A DNA stretch of 64,000 bases. Source: Gracilinanus agilis (Eukaryota). How positions within the stretch are numbered: position 1 is the first letter of the stretch; the number at the start of each line of letters is the position of its first letter. Below the pieces are notes generated by a model. The model did not search any database and was not told where the DNA came from. It was given only the letters and a program-made list of their open reading frames with translations. The position numbers and the translations under genes are program-made. Of this stretch, positions 1 to 11,876 are shown one piece after another. The stretch spans positions 556,490,736 to 556,554,735 of the forward strand of contig NC_058131.1 in the NCBI RefSeq assembly GCF_016433145.1, given 5' to 3'.

Positions 1-50
1 TAAAAAAGGATGACTCAAAGGATAGGATTTGGTTCATATAGAAGGGTTCA

Positions 51-1346
51 AAGAACCACTCCAGTGACTGCTGGAGATAGTGAAGGGAAGAGGGATGGTT
101 TCTTCCCTCGGGGAATCAGGGGAAGGTTTGAGGAGGGAAAAATAACCATAACTAGAAATGATGTAAAATCCCATAGAATGAGAGGATTGACAATATATTA
201 GAAAGCGAAATGTAATTTCTTGCATACGAAAACACTGAAAACAAAGATTCACACAGAGCTCACCTAAGGGGTTGGGAGTAATTTGTTATGTCTCATATAA
301 AATGTATATATATGTATATATATATATAATAGAAAGATAAACAAGAAACAAATTAGGGATATAAGAAAATTGTTAATAAAGCTAGGTTTTATGGTTAGCA
401 ATTAATAATGGGATTTTTAAAGTAATAAATATATTTCCAAGATCATATAACTTATTTTTAACTCTTTATAAAACTATCAATTGCTAGGGCATAATGAATT
501 CAAATATATGCAGAAATATTAAATATATTATTTAGAGGTCATAACAAGATTTGTTTTTAGTTAATTAGGGAAATATGAACCAAAGACAAAGATTTAAATG
601 AAGATTAAATAATGTTATGTTAAACAAAGAGCAAGTCAAAGAACTAATCATAGAAATGATAAATAATTAATTCAAAAGTATAATAATGAGACTGCTTACC
701 AGAATTTCTAGAATGCAACTAAAGCATTCCTTAGCAGAAGAAAAAAAATCTATATTTCTAAATACTTTCATTTTTTAAAATGAGAGAAAAATGATGCATG
801 CAACTAAAAAATATAGAACAGCAAACAAAATCAATAACCCTCAAACAAGCACAAAAGTAGAAATGCTCAAAGTAAGAGTAGAAAGGATGCTGAATTTGAA
901 TCTTGACTTTACAACTTATTCCAAGTAGCTTATTTTTCCTAGGTATCAATCCCCTCATATATTGAATTAATGTAGTAGACTAACTGATCAGCTAGGTCCC
1001 TTCTGGCTCTGGATCTTATGACAGAATAAAATGTAAACAACTTTTTTGATATTCAAAGTTCTTGACATTTTGATCCAGAGATGCCATTCTAGTCTTATTT
1101 CTGGTACTTCCCTTCACACATTATATGTGACTAGACTTGTCCTTCTTTTATCCTTGTTATTCCCTTTCCTACCCCGTATACCTTCATGTATGCTGTGAAA
1201 TAGTTTACCAGCTCCCGTTTCTACATATGGGCAATCTTTTCCTCCATAGCTCAGCTCAGGCTTCATGAAACCTTCCCCTGATTCCCCGAGGGAAGAAACC
1301 ATCCGTCTTCCCTTCACTATCTCCAGCAGTCACTGGAGTGGTTCTT
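51..1346. repeat. 79-bp inverted repeat (arms 51-129 and 1268-1346)
   Basis: The reverse complement of 51-129 matches 1268-1346 at 78 of 79 positions. Confidence 0.95.
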
Positions 1347-1580
1347 GGATCTTTTATACACTTAGTCATTTTCTAACCCGTATTAAAGTTGTCTGTATCT
1401 GTCTACCTCTTCAAGCTATTTACATGTCTACACCTAGATCTTGTCTACATCTTTCATCTATTAGATTATAAGCTACTTGGTAGCAAATACTGTCTTTGCA
1501 ATTTTAAAAAAAATGTATATTTCTTCTTTTTAGCATTGCATTCTTAGCACCCACCACAGTGTCTCATGCAGAACAGGTAC
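1130..1580 (+). mobile_element. Degenerate L2 LINE 3' fragment
   Basis: ctcagctcagg...catgaaaccttcc and tagattataagcta...ttagcacccaccacagtgtct resemble L2 3' end motifs. Confidence 0.5.
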
Positions 1581-4414
1581 AATGGGGTGGATGGGGAAGT
1601 GTGATGTAGAAGAAAGACAACTGGACCAAGACATAGAGGATTTGGCCTCTAGCCAGAGTTCCACCATTTATTTACTCTGAAATCTTGGGCAAATCGCTTA
1701 TCTCTCTGTGTGGTCATTGGACTAGATGATCTCACTGGTAATTCTGAGCTCTGAAATTCTGTTTAAAACTTGTTAAATTAAGCTTTTTCAATTCCTGAAA
1801 TATTGTCCATGATAAAACATAAAAGTCAAAGATATTTCATATGTTTACTTTTCTCTGTCCCAAAAAACATCTATAGCTTAAAAGGATCTGAGTGATTATC
1901 TAGTCCAACTTCTTTATTTTATAAGGAAACTGAGGCCCAATGAGGTGACTTTCTCCAGGTCATTTGGGTAACGAGTGAGATTCATACCTAGATCTTCTGA
2001 CTTTATATCCAGAAATTGTTATATATCAAAGTACATAAAACTAATTATCACTGACAAGTACAAAATTTAGTTTGCATTTTAAAGAATTGTTTTAATGTCA
2101 CAGCATTTTTTCTAGTTATCGGCATTTCCCAGGCTCCTAAACTTTTAAGTGCTATGAAATACTTATTCAATAGATTAGTCAACATAGTTAACAAAATTCC
2201 ATCCTGTGGGTCCAAGAGATGAGATAAAGCTTTATCCTTTCATTCTTCTAATTTATTTAGATAATTTCACATTTTTGCCTCATGCTTTTATAAATCTGTC
2301 TCAGATCTGCTGCCATTTGATATTCCTATCTGATATGAACCAATTATATTCTGAGACTCCCAAACAGGATAGATTCTGGTAATTTTAGAATGAAGTGTGG
2401 ATATTATGAAACCTAGATCTTTCCTAAACTAAAGCATATCAAAATCATAGAATCATGACCTTTTAAGAGGAGGTTATATAATGGAAAGAGCACCTTCTCT
2501 GTAGTCAGAGGACACAAGTTCATATCCTGCCTCTGATACTTCTTTTCTCAATACTTAACCTTTTCTCAACTGTGAAATGAATGAGTTGGACTAGATAGCC
2601 TCCTGAGGGCCCTTTCAGCTCTACATTGGTGATCTCTTGCTTGGAGGGACCATTTATTCTAACTCCTTGATAGATGGATGAATATTGACCTACATCTAGC
2701 CTACTCGAATGCCTTTAGTGTCTGAAAAGTCTCACATTGCTAGGAGAACAGGAGCAGTAGTTTTGTTTACTCTAGGCAAGAATTATCTCCCCAGTCTTCT
2801 TTGAGAAGGTTTTAAGTATTATATGAGCAAATTGATTTCCAAATTATTTCCTCTATCTGTGGCCACTCCCTCCTTTGCTCGTCAGAATTCTCAGCTCAGG
2901 CATCTCTGCCTTCATGAAGCCTTCCATGAATCTTCCCCTTACTAGAGCTCTTCCCTTTCTTTATTTTCTTGCATTATACATATGTACTTACATACTGTCC
3001 AGTACAAAGAATGTTTTGCTTTTGTCTTTGTATTCCCAGCACCTGTCACAGGTTTTTTTTTTTGCATATTTACTTGTACTTGCACATTACATGTACTTGA
3101 CTAAAATTTGTTTAATTTTATTTTAGAGCTATCACAAAATAAATGTCAGAGAGATTTTTCTAACAGTGAAATTATGGTCATTTGTATATTTAAAAATTTT
3201 GGATACTTTCTTTCCTGGTTCTTCATGTGTGTTTATGAAGTTACTACCTCCCTTTGCATAGGTCTAACAACAACTGATTAAAAGATAGTCTATGTCATTT
3301 AAGAACAGTTGTATTTAAGAATTTATCTCATATTGAACTATAATTCTTCCTTTGTGTAACTTCCATCCATTGATCCTAGTTCTCTCCAGAGCCAAAGAAT
3401 ATGAATTTAATTGTCTGTCATGGATTTACTTCTTTATCTTAGACTTAAAAAAATCATTGTGGGTAAATGTGTTCTATTTTATTTCCTTACTAAATATTGT
3501 GCTTTACTGTGTAATATAGTAGGAAATTGGCCACATTTGGAGTCAGGAGATGGGTTCCAATATGGACTTTCTACTTACTACCTGTATAACATTAAGGAAA
3601 TTACAGTCACTATGGACCTTGGTTTTCTTTTCTGTATAAGAGGGTGACTTTGGAAATCCTTTCCAGCTCTAAATCTCTGATCCTTTGAAATGACCTTTTA
3701 GCCTTGATTTATCATTTGCTGCTCTATACTTAAATTCAGCTTTAATTTGCCTCTTAAAAAAATAATTAGCAACATTTTAATATAAATATTTATTTCCCAC
3801 TTTAACACTTATCTGAGGTAAACATAGAATAAGTTACTGAAAAGCTAGAGAAACTATGAATTCCAAATGAGTCACTTTGGCCAGGGAGACAGGAGAACTG
3901 GCTTCTCTCTCCATCTGTGCTCCTACCTGTCTCTGATAAGGGATAAGGCCTAGACCTGTGGGTTCACTGATATGGAGAATTATCAGATAAAGAAACTCCT
4001 CTACATGCCTAGGTCAGTACCTTCTCTAGTTAAGAGTCTTTGAGAGTCTTTATAGAGTTTGGAGGAGTTAAATAACTTGTCCAATGGCAGGGACAGGATT
4101 CGAACCCAGGGCTTCCTGACTCCGAGGCCAGCTGCCTCAGTGACTGACTGTGGCTTGGCAGGAGAGGAGAAAGAGTGGACACTGAATCTGGAGCTCGGTT
4201 TTTTACCTCTGTCAAAATCAGGGCATGGAACTATTTCATTATTTATATTCTATCTAGTTCTGACATTCTTTGGTTCTATTTGTGGACTCACATTCCAGTT
4301 TTCCTAAATATTACCATAAAAAGAGAAAGACTGAATCCCTGTTTCATTACTTTATTAATTATTCACCTGAAATTAAGGTAAATGTGCACTATTCAATATG
4401 CAATATGCAAAGTG

Positions 4415-4615
4415 CATTAGAGGCAGAGTTAGTAAGACTTGATGAAGTTTCAGCTCGTGATGCACGTTGCCCGGGTGACCATGGATAAGTCATTTAGCTT
4501 CTCAGTACCCCTGGGCCACTCTAATGCAGCAAGCTGCAGAAGGGCCATAATCTGCATTGCCAGAGGGAGTTTCCTCAACAGTAGTTCTTCATATTAGAGA
4601 AATCACAATTCTCTA
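4415..4615 (+). mobile_element. Marsupial CORE-SINE (Mar3/WALLSI4-like); related copies near 12500-12650, 24620-24830 and 61330-61450
   Basis: Characteristic tail gctgcagaagggcc...ctgcattg..agagggagtttcctca...gaaatcaca. Confidence 0.55.
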
Positions 4616-5329
4616 GATTTTTTAATGTGCAAAGCACTGTGCTAGGCTCTAAGGATATGAAGCACAGCAGGATAGTTCCAACATCGTGAGAGGCCCAGGA
4701 GGAGACGCCTGAAGTCCAAGGAGCCTTTGGGTGACCGTCAAATTATTCCATATAGACCACTATCTGCTCAACCTGGACAGATGACCAAGACCAGATCCCT
4801 TCTCCCAGTGAGCACCATCGTTCTCTACTTGCATGCAAGCTCACGTTTAATAGATAAAAATTATCCTTGCAATGTCAAGATTGAATTTCAATCACCAGAT
4901 TTTCAGTCTAAACCACAATCCCATTTCCACATCATGCAAACATCTGTCAGCTATTCTACTTACCAGCTATACAGGGAGAATTGGAAGCATCATAAAGTCC
5001 AGAAATCACCAACTTGCTGAAGGCATTATTATTTCTGGTTAGCAACAGAAGCCTGGAATATGATTATATACTCAGTCTTATCTTGGAGTGATAACTGGTT
5101 GGAGATGATGACCTTTTGGAGAGCAGGGATTAAACATTGCATTCAGTCTGCCTTGGGAGTTATTAAAACTTTCAGCAGGCTTTTCCCAGGGTTGTAAGAA
5201 ATATTGGTGGATTTCAGTTATTAAATATGAAGGACACCAAAAAGCTTCTTGGCTTCCAATTGTGTCCTCATAGATCAAGCCATAGTGTCAAAAGCCAAAC
5301 TAATAAAAACTTCTACTTTGTGCTATGCA

Positions 5330-6170
5330 ATTATATTTCTTCCTAGCAGTTTAAAACATTTTCCATATTAATAAGAATTTATTTTCTTTCCCTTCCCTCA
5401 CCCACTGAACAATAAAAAGGAATAAAGATCATCATAATAAGTATGTATGTCAAACAAAACAATTTTTCAAAATGTCCATTTCCAGATTTTTACATCTCAG
5501 TCTTCATTTTAAGTTCATCATTTTATGAAGGTAGGTAGCATGCATTATCTTTTGCCATATCTTCTGAAATTGTCCTCTGAAATTTGTTCTCTGAAATTAT
5601 GGTTTGTCATATTGATCAGAATTCTAAAATTTTTCAAAAATATTTTTCTTTTTCTTTAGTCACAAAGTATTTTTTTTCTCCATCATCTACTGAAGAGAGA
5701 AGGAAATGAGGGAGGAAAGAAAGAAGGAAGGAAGCAAGGGATGGGGGAAGGAAAAAACATGCTCTCTGGAAAAAATTTATTATATATATATGTATGTATA
5801 CATATATATGGTTTATTATCTCAGTTTGAGATATAGCATTATTTTTCTGTCTTCTAGAATTAGTGGATCAGAGTTCTTAAGTTTTTCAGAATTGTTTGCT
5901 TTTATAATATTGATGTTATAAATTATTCTTTTATATTTTTCTTTGTAATTTTTATTTTATTACATAAATTATTCTCCCAGTTCTGCCTCCTTCATTTCAT
6001 CAGCTCAAAGAGGCCTTTCCAATTTCCTCTGGAATTGTTCATTTCATAATTTCTTGTGTGCAATAATAGTCAATCACTTGAATATACCATAACTTATTTA
6101 GCAATTCCCCAATAGTTTGGCACCCCCTTAGTTTTCAGTATTTTGCTACTGTGAAAAGAGCATATATTAT
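5330..6170 (-). mobile_element. Old L1 3' end fragments
   Basis: atataccataacttatttagcaattccccaatag...ttttcagtattttgctact resembles the same-strand ORF2 end/3'UTR of the L1 at 49670-49760. Confidence 0.6.
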
Positions 6171-6759
6171 TATATCCCTGAGAGCCTACATTAAAATGTG
6201 ACATCCTCTTTAGAACAGTAACATATTAGAATCTTAATAAATACTTGATTTGTTTTGTTGACATATTAAAATCAAGTCATTCAGAAATGCAATAAAATTC
6301 ACCTAATATTTAGAAATTGCTTACTATGTGTAGTGGACTATTCAGGGAATTAGATGGCAAAGAATACACACTTATAGTCAAATAGAAGAGGAAAGTCATT
6401 TATTTATACACTTACATATAAAAACAGCATAGTGATATAAGGACAAAGAGAGATATAAAGTGCATTAAGAAAGATTTGAAGTTTTTCAATCTTTTTCAAT
6501 TGCAGGATATCAAACTTTGTGTAGGAAGTGACCCTTAATCTAGGATTTTTTCAGGCACAGGATAGGTATGTTCTACAAATATATAGAAAGATGGAAGAGT
6601 TTAAGATGAGATCAAATTAAAAACTAGCAATTCAATTTGTTTGGAGTTGGAGTTTGTGAAGGCCAATAGAATGAAATTGAAACAAACCGGACTAGAGTCG
6701 TGACGATATGAGTGAAGAGCAAGACATGAAATAATGAGAACGTAACAGCAATGATGATT

Positions 6760-6970
6760 GGCATGTATGTAGTGCTTTAAGTTTTGCAAAGTACATAACA
6801 CACTATCTCATTTGATCCTCATAACAATCTTGTGAGGTAAATGCTATTATTATCCCTATTTTGCAGATAAAGAAACTGAGGCTAGAAGAGATTAATTTGC
6901 TCAGAGAATAACAGCTAAGTGTCAGAGATAGGATTTGAACTCCTTTTTCTAACTCCAATTCCATCAGTCC
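6760..6970 (-). mobile_element. MIR/CORE-SINE (representative; many more, e.g. 1870-2010, 9040-9240, 17220-17340, 20120-20300, 22360-22580, 27870-28110, 54470-54700, 59190-59390, 62160-62380)
   Basis: CORE motifs tctcatttgatcctcataacaa...attatccctattttgcagataaagaaactgaggct...ggatttgaactc. Confidence 0.75.
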
Positions 6971-8618
6971 AGCCATTGTGAACCCCTACAAGGGACAGTA
7001 GAATTAAAAGAATTTGACAACTAGCTAGATAGAGGATGGGAAATATGTAAAGAGAGGGGGAAAATGTACCTTATTAAGTGATAGTAGTACTAATTTGGGT
7101 CCAGTCATTATATCCTGAGTACAGTTTGGTTTGGTTGATAAATACTTATGACTTGAAAAAGCACACAAAAGGGCTCTTAGGACACAGGAAAAGCATCTTT
7201 TGATGGGCTAGAGGCCGGCGAGAAAGAAGAAGTGGACGGCTCGCCAAATGCAAGGGGCCACTGAAGTACCCAGAGTACCCAGCAACAGCTATATGTAGAT
7301 GCCAAAGGTGTACCCCATCTGATCCACATATTTGTGAATTGGGCCCACAATGCCCCCCAGAAAGTAAGGAGGATTAGACTGTAGATCTTCAAAACAACCA
7401 GTTAATTAAAAATGAGATAATTCAGTAAATCTTGTTTAGACCAGTAGATTGGCATTGCATATGAAAAAATAGCAATCTTGTGGTTATATAAAAATATCAG
7501 GTTTCAATCAAATAAAATGTTCTTTAGACAAGAAGATATAATGTCCTATAGGTATCTGGGCAGCTAGGGACATAACACACAGAGTGCAATGTATAGAGCA
7601 CTGAACGTAGAGTCAGGAAGACCTTAGTTTGAATTCTGCCTTAGATACTTTACCTGTATGACAATAGGCAAGTCACTTAACTTTTCTATACCTCAGTTCC
7701 CTAAAATATAAAATGAGAGTAGTACCTATTTCAAAGGGTTGTGGGAAGAATCAAATAAGATAATATGGGTAGTGTTTTGAAAATCTTAAATAACTATTAG
7801 TTCCAGACAAGATCTCTTCCTATGTCCTATGGACAAGGTATCCAGAATTAGGCTTTCTATTCTTTATTTTGTAAATTAACAAATTTTATTTTTGTCACTT
7901 CGTTGTAACCCATGGGTTTTGTTGAGATGGCCTAAGGGCTATTGCTTGGAATTTGCACCAGAGGTCCCTAGCCAACTTCCATGAGTAAATACGGCAATAC
8001 TGAAAGTAATGGTTGTCTTGAAATGATAAAGTAATCCTCTTTTTAGTCACTGAGCCCAAAGAGTTTCTAACTCAGTGACTCTTAAAATGAGAATGTCTCT
8101 GCCATTTATCACTTTTTTACTTATATGCTAAGTGACTTAAGACCCTTTAAAATTTTCCCTGAATCAGTGGGAAGGTGGTTGATTCCCTTCCCTCCACCTT
8201 TGCAGCATAGCAGCTTGAGGACCTGGCATCTAAAACACAGAATGATAATTGAGCACTTCCACAAATAGCTTTGTGTATGATAAAATCTCAAATTCCTAGA
8301 AAAAAATAGCTATCCTATACCTTATCTATAGTGTACACCTTGACTCCCTCACTTAGGAGAGACCCTAAACATGAATCTTATTTAAGCATTAAGTGGTTCT
8401 ACCTGGGTCTCTGAGTGGGGGTGTATAGACCTAGATAATTTGAAAAAATAGCTTAACCCTTTGGGAAATATTGGGATTGCCCAAGGTGAAACCTAGTATG
8501 TGTCCAGAGCTAAGAGATGTAATCTTAGGGGGAGGTACAGAAAATGGACACAGCCATAGTTAATTATTATTAGATTTTAATAAAACAGACACAAAAATGT
8601 GGACTCTCTAAGGATAGG

Positions 8619-8823
8619 TTTTTTTTAGAGTTTTTTTTTAATTTTTTAAACCCTTAACTTCTGTGCATTGACTCATAGGTGGAAGAATGGTAAGGGTAGG
8701 CAATGGGGGTCAAGTGACTTGCCCAGGGTCACACAGCTGGGAAGTGTCTGAGGCCGGATTTGAACCTAGGACCTCCCATCTCTAGGCCTGGCTCTCAATC
8801 CACTGAGCTACCCAGCTGCCCCC
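8619..8823 (-). mobile_element. Young SINE1_Mdo-type SINE with TSD
   Basis: tRNA-derived head (ggggcagctgggtagctcagtggattgagagccagg on minus), A-rich tail, TSD taaggatag at 8609-8617 and 8824-8832. Confidence 0.9.
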
Positions 8824-9532
8824 TAAGGATAGTTCTTTTAAAGCTAATATAAAGGAATGATAGTTTAATCACACATAAATCAGATTTAATCGAAGCAATA
8901 TTTGTGATATCTCAGTGTCTAGTTCATCCAAACATAGTTGCTAGATCTTAGAACCAATATCACCAACTAATTGGCACCATCTCATATCTGAAATGATGAA
9001 TAATGAATAGTAATAACACTAATAGCTGGTATTTGTGTAGTGTATTTAAAGTTTTCAAAATGTATATATTTTTTCTCATTTGAGGTCCCAAACAGTTGTA
9101 TGAGACAGATACAATAGATAGAATTATCCCATTTGAAAGATGAAAGGAAAACCAAGGTTCAGAGGTTAAATAACTTGTCCTTTGTCACTTCTGAGATGGA
9201 ATTTGAATCTGTGTCTTCTTGATGCCAAATCCATTCACTGTCTTTCCTTCAAAACTACCCTTTGGGACTTCAAAAGTCTCCTAAAGAATTAAATCTCTTG
9301 AAAGCACAAATAAAATTAAAATAGTAAGTGTTAAAATTTACAGTAAACTAACAAGTTTCTACTTTCTTCCCTCTTCCCAGGTCTCTAGAGTAACAAATTT
9401 TTTGTTCCATTAAGATAAAGCCATGTCTTTGGCTCTACGGATGTCACAAACATAGCATTCTAGAGTCTGATCTGATTTTTATAACCCAAAGTCCTCCCAC
9501 TGGATGATTAGGTTTTCTGCACCAAATTAAGA

Positions 9533-9576
9533 CTCTTTATATATACATACATATATGTATATGACTTTCTTATATA

Positions 9577-9610
<34 letters not shown>
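9533..9610. repeat. (TA)n microsatellite just 3' of OR4N-A
   Basis: Interrupted TA dinucleotide run; absent from the equivalent position in copy B. Confidence 0.95.
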
Positions 9611-9614
<4 letters not shown>

Positions 9615-9651
9615 ATCTCAGCTGGAGATATCCTGAGGAAGTGTCCATTCT

Positions 9652-10584
9652 TCATTCTCCTCCACAAAGGACCTGCCTCTTCACCAACTTCCTCATAGAA
9701 GACTTCACTTCCTGGTTTCTCAGGGTATAAATCACAGGATTCAGCAAAGGAAAGATGACAGTATGAAAGAGGGCAACCACTTTGTCTGCTGGGAAGGTCC
9801 TAAAAGGGCGAGTGTAAATAAAGATGGCAGGTCCAAACATCAGGAATACAATGATCACATGGGTGGTACAAGTGGACAAAGCCTTGCTCTTCCCCTCCGA
9901 AGAAGATCCTCTAACCCGGAAGAGGATGACTGCATAGGATGTCAGCAAACCCAGGAAGCATAGCAGGGTGAGCAGTCCACTATTGGATACCATCAGAAGC
10001 TCTACCACAAAGGTGTCAGTGCAGGCCAGCTTGATGACCTGTGGGACATCACAGAAGAAGTTGTCCAGCTTATTTGGACCACAGAAAGGCAGGCGAACAA
10101 TGAGAGCCACCTGCACAATGGAGTGGGCAAAACCCCCAACCCACAGGGCTAGCAACAGAGCATAGCAGACCCGGCGGTTCATGATGACTGAATAGCGTAA
10201 AGGTTGGCAGATGGCAATATAGCGGTCAAAGGCCATCACAACAAGGAGGAACATCTCACCTACTCCAAGGAAATGTAAGAAGAAGAGCTGGGTGATGCAC
10301 CCTTGATAGGAGATGCTTTTCTTCTCATACAAAAAATCTACCAGCATCTTTGGAGCTACAATAAAGGAATAAGAAGCATCCAAGAAAGCCAGATTGCCCA
10401 GGAAGAAATATAGAGGTGCTGTGAGAGCAGGATCTGATCTGATGGTGACAATGATGAGGAGATTCCCAGGAAGAACAATCATGTAGAATGAGAAGATTAA
10501 TACAAAGACTAAGAGTTGAATTTCCCGAGATTCAGTTAAACCCAAAAGAGTAAATTCAGTCACTGTGCTGTTCTCCTGCTCCAT
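9652..10584 (-). CDS. OR4N5: Olfactory receptor, family 4 subfamily N (OR4N5/OR4N2-like), copy A, 310 aa, intact
   Basis: Uninterrupted 310-aa ORF with OR motifs: N-glycosylation site NST, GN in TM1, [39 protein letters not shown]. Residues such as [26 protein letters not shown] and FPADKVV match human OR4N as I recall it, closest to OR4N5. The exact orthologue is uncertain. Confidence 0.93.
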   Translation of the reverse strand: MEQENSTVTEFTLLGLTESREIQLLVFVLIFSFYMIVLPGNLLIIVTIRSDPALTAPLYFFLGNLAFLDASYSFIVAPKMLVDFLYEKKSISYQGCITQLFFLHFLGVGEMFLLVVMAFDRYIAICQPLRYSVIMNRRVCYALLLALWVGGFAHSIVQVALIVRLPFCGPNKLDNFFCDVPQVIKLACTDTFVVELLMVSNSGLLTLLCFLGLLTSYAVILFRVRGSSSEGKSKALSTCTTHVIIVFLMFGPAIFIYTRPFRTFPADKVVALFHTVIFPLLNPVIYTLRNQEVKSSMRKLVKRQVLCGGE

Positions 10585-10593
10585 CTGCTCAAC

Positions 10594-10625
10594 CTGGGGA
10601 ATACTGAAGAATGAGAAGTCATTAT
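10594..10625 (-). promoter_or_regulatory. Probable 3' splice acceptor of the OR4N-A coding exon
   Basis: Minus strand reads atgacttctcattcttcagtattccccag|gttgagcagATG: pyrimidine tract plus CAG, 9 nt before the ATG. OR genes typically have 5' non-coding exons. Confidence 0.7.
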
Positions 10626-10940
10626 AGCTTTTTTAGACTCCTTTAATGCTAGAAGACTACCCTGGTTCCCAACCCTTTGGTAAATCCATCTGTCTTTCAC
10701 TTCCTAATGGACAAACTGAGGAACAATGAGTTGAAATTAAAAAGAGACCAATTCACGCTCAATGTAAGAAGCAATTCCCTGTAACAAATGCAATCACTCA
10801 TCTCAGGAGATAAGATTGCTTTCACTGAAAGTCTTGAAGAAAGAAATAGTCAGACATTTTTTGTAGGTATTATAGAAGGTATTAGTCATTAGATACAAGT
10901 CAACCTTGATGGCCTCTGTGGGTCCTTCAAACTCTGAGAT

Positions 10941-11124
10941 TTTTTTTTAAACCCTTAACTTCTGTGTATTGTCTCATAGGTGGAAGAGTGGTAAGGGTAG
11001 GCAATGGGGGTCAAGTGACTTGCCCAGGGTCACACAGCTGGGAAGTGTCTGAGGCCGGATTTGAACCTAGGACCTCCCGTCTCTAGGCCTGACTCTCAAT
11101 CCACTGAGCTACCCAGCTGCCCCC
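10941..11124 (-). mobile_element. Young SINE1_Mdo-type SINE with TSD
   Basis: Near-identical to the 8619 copy; TSD aactctgagatttt at 10930 and 11127. Confidence 0.9.
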
Positions 11125-11675
11125 ATAACTCTGAGATTTTTTTTAACCCGCTTCCCACATAGTTATCTATAATCTGCCCTTTTCTCTGTCCATTATTCCT
11201 TTCTTTACCAACCAAAAAGTATATTCACTGATTGATTCATACTCATGGACTGTAGAATGTCCAAGACCTGCCATTTGCACCTGCTGAACAAAAGTTTACA
11301 GCCAGTTTTAAAGTTCATTTCCTTTTTTCAAGTTCTAGTTTTTGCTAGTGTTTTGTGTTTACTGCTAAGTTGGCATATCTAGATTTTGATGGCCTCCTCA
11401 GCCTCCTCAGTTTATGAAATGTATGTTTAGAACCTTTTGCTTCTTGCTTAGATTATCCTTTAGTATCTATATATCATCCTCAGACCTTGACCATCTGCCT
11501 AAACTTTTACTGGATGAGAGGATATGGATTCAAATTCTACTTTTTAAAATATTTGGTGACAATTTGACTTGGGGTCATTCACTTAACCCCTCTTGTACGA
11601 GGTTTCCCCATGTGTAAAATAAAGTGGTTGGACTTTTTGATTTTGAAGGTCTCTTACATTGCTAAACACATTGTC

Positions 11676-11876
11676 TTTTTTTTTATTATTTTTTTATTTT
11701 AAACCCTTAGCTTCTGTGTATTGACTTATAGGTGGAAGAGTGGTAAGGGTAGGCAATGGGGGTCAAGTGACTTGCCCAGGGTCACACAGCTGGGAAGTGT
11801 CTGAGGCCGGATTTGAACCTAGGACCTCCCATCTCTAGGCCTGGCTCTCAATCCACTGAGCTACCCAGCTGCCCCC
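11676..11876 (-). mobile_element. Young SINE1_Mdo-type SINE with TSD
   Basis: Near-identical to the two previous copies; TSD aacacattgtctttt at 11665-11679 and 11877-11891. Confidence 0.9.

Noticed and set aside
51-1346. Reading the inverted repeat as a 1.3-kb DNA transposon with 79-bp TIRs
   Set aside because: No TSD, the right arm is continuous with an L2 relic, and the interior is ordinary old repeat-containing DNA.
7205-7375. Weak resemblance to an RPL31 processed pseudogene (GEKKKGRSA-like start, cagaaa..gtaa.gaggat end)
   Set aside because: Spacing is about half that expected and no frame gives a convincing protein match; could be chance.
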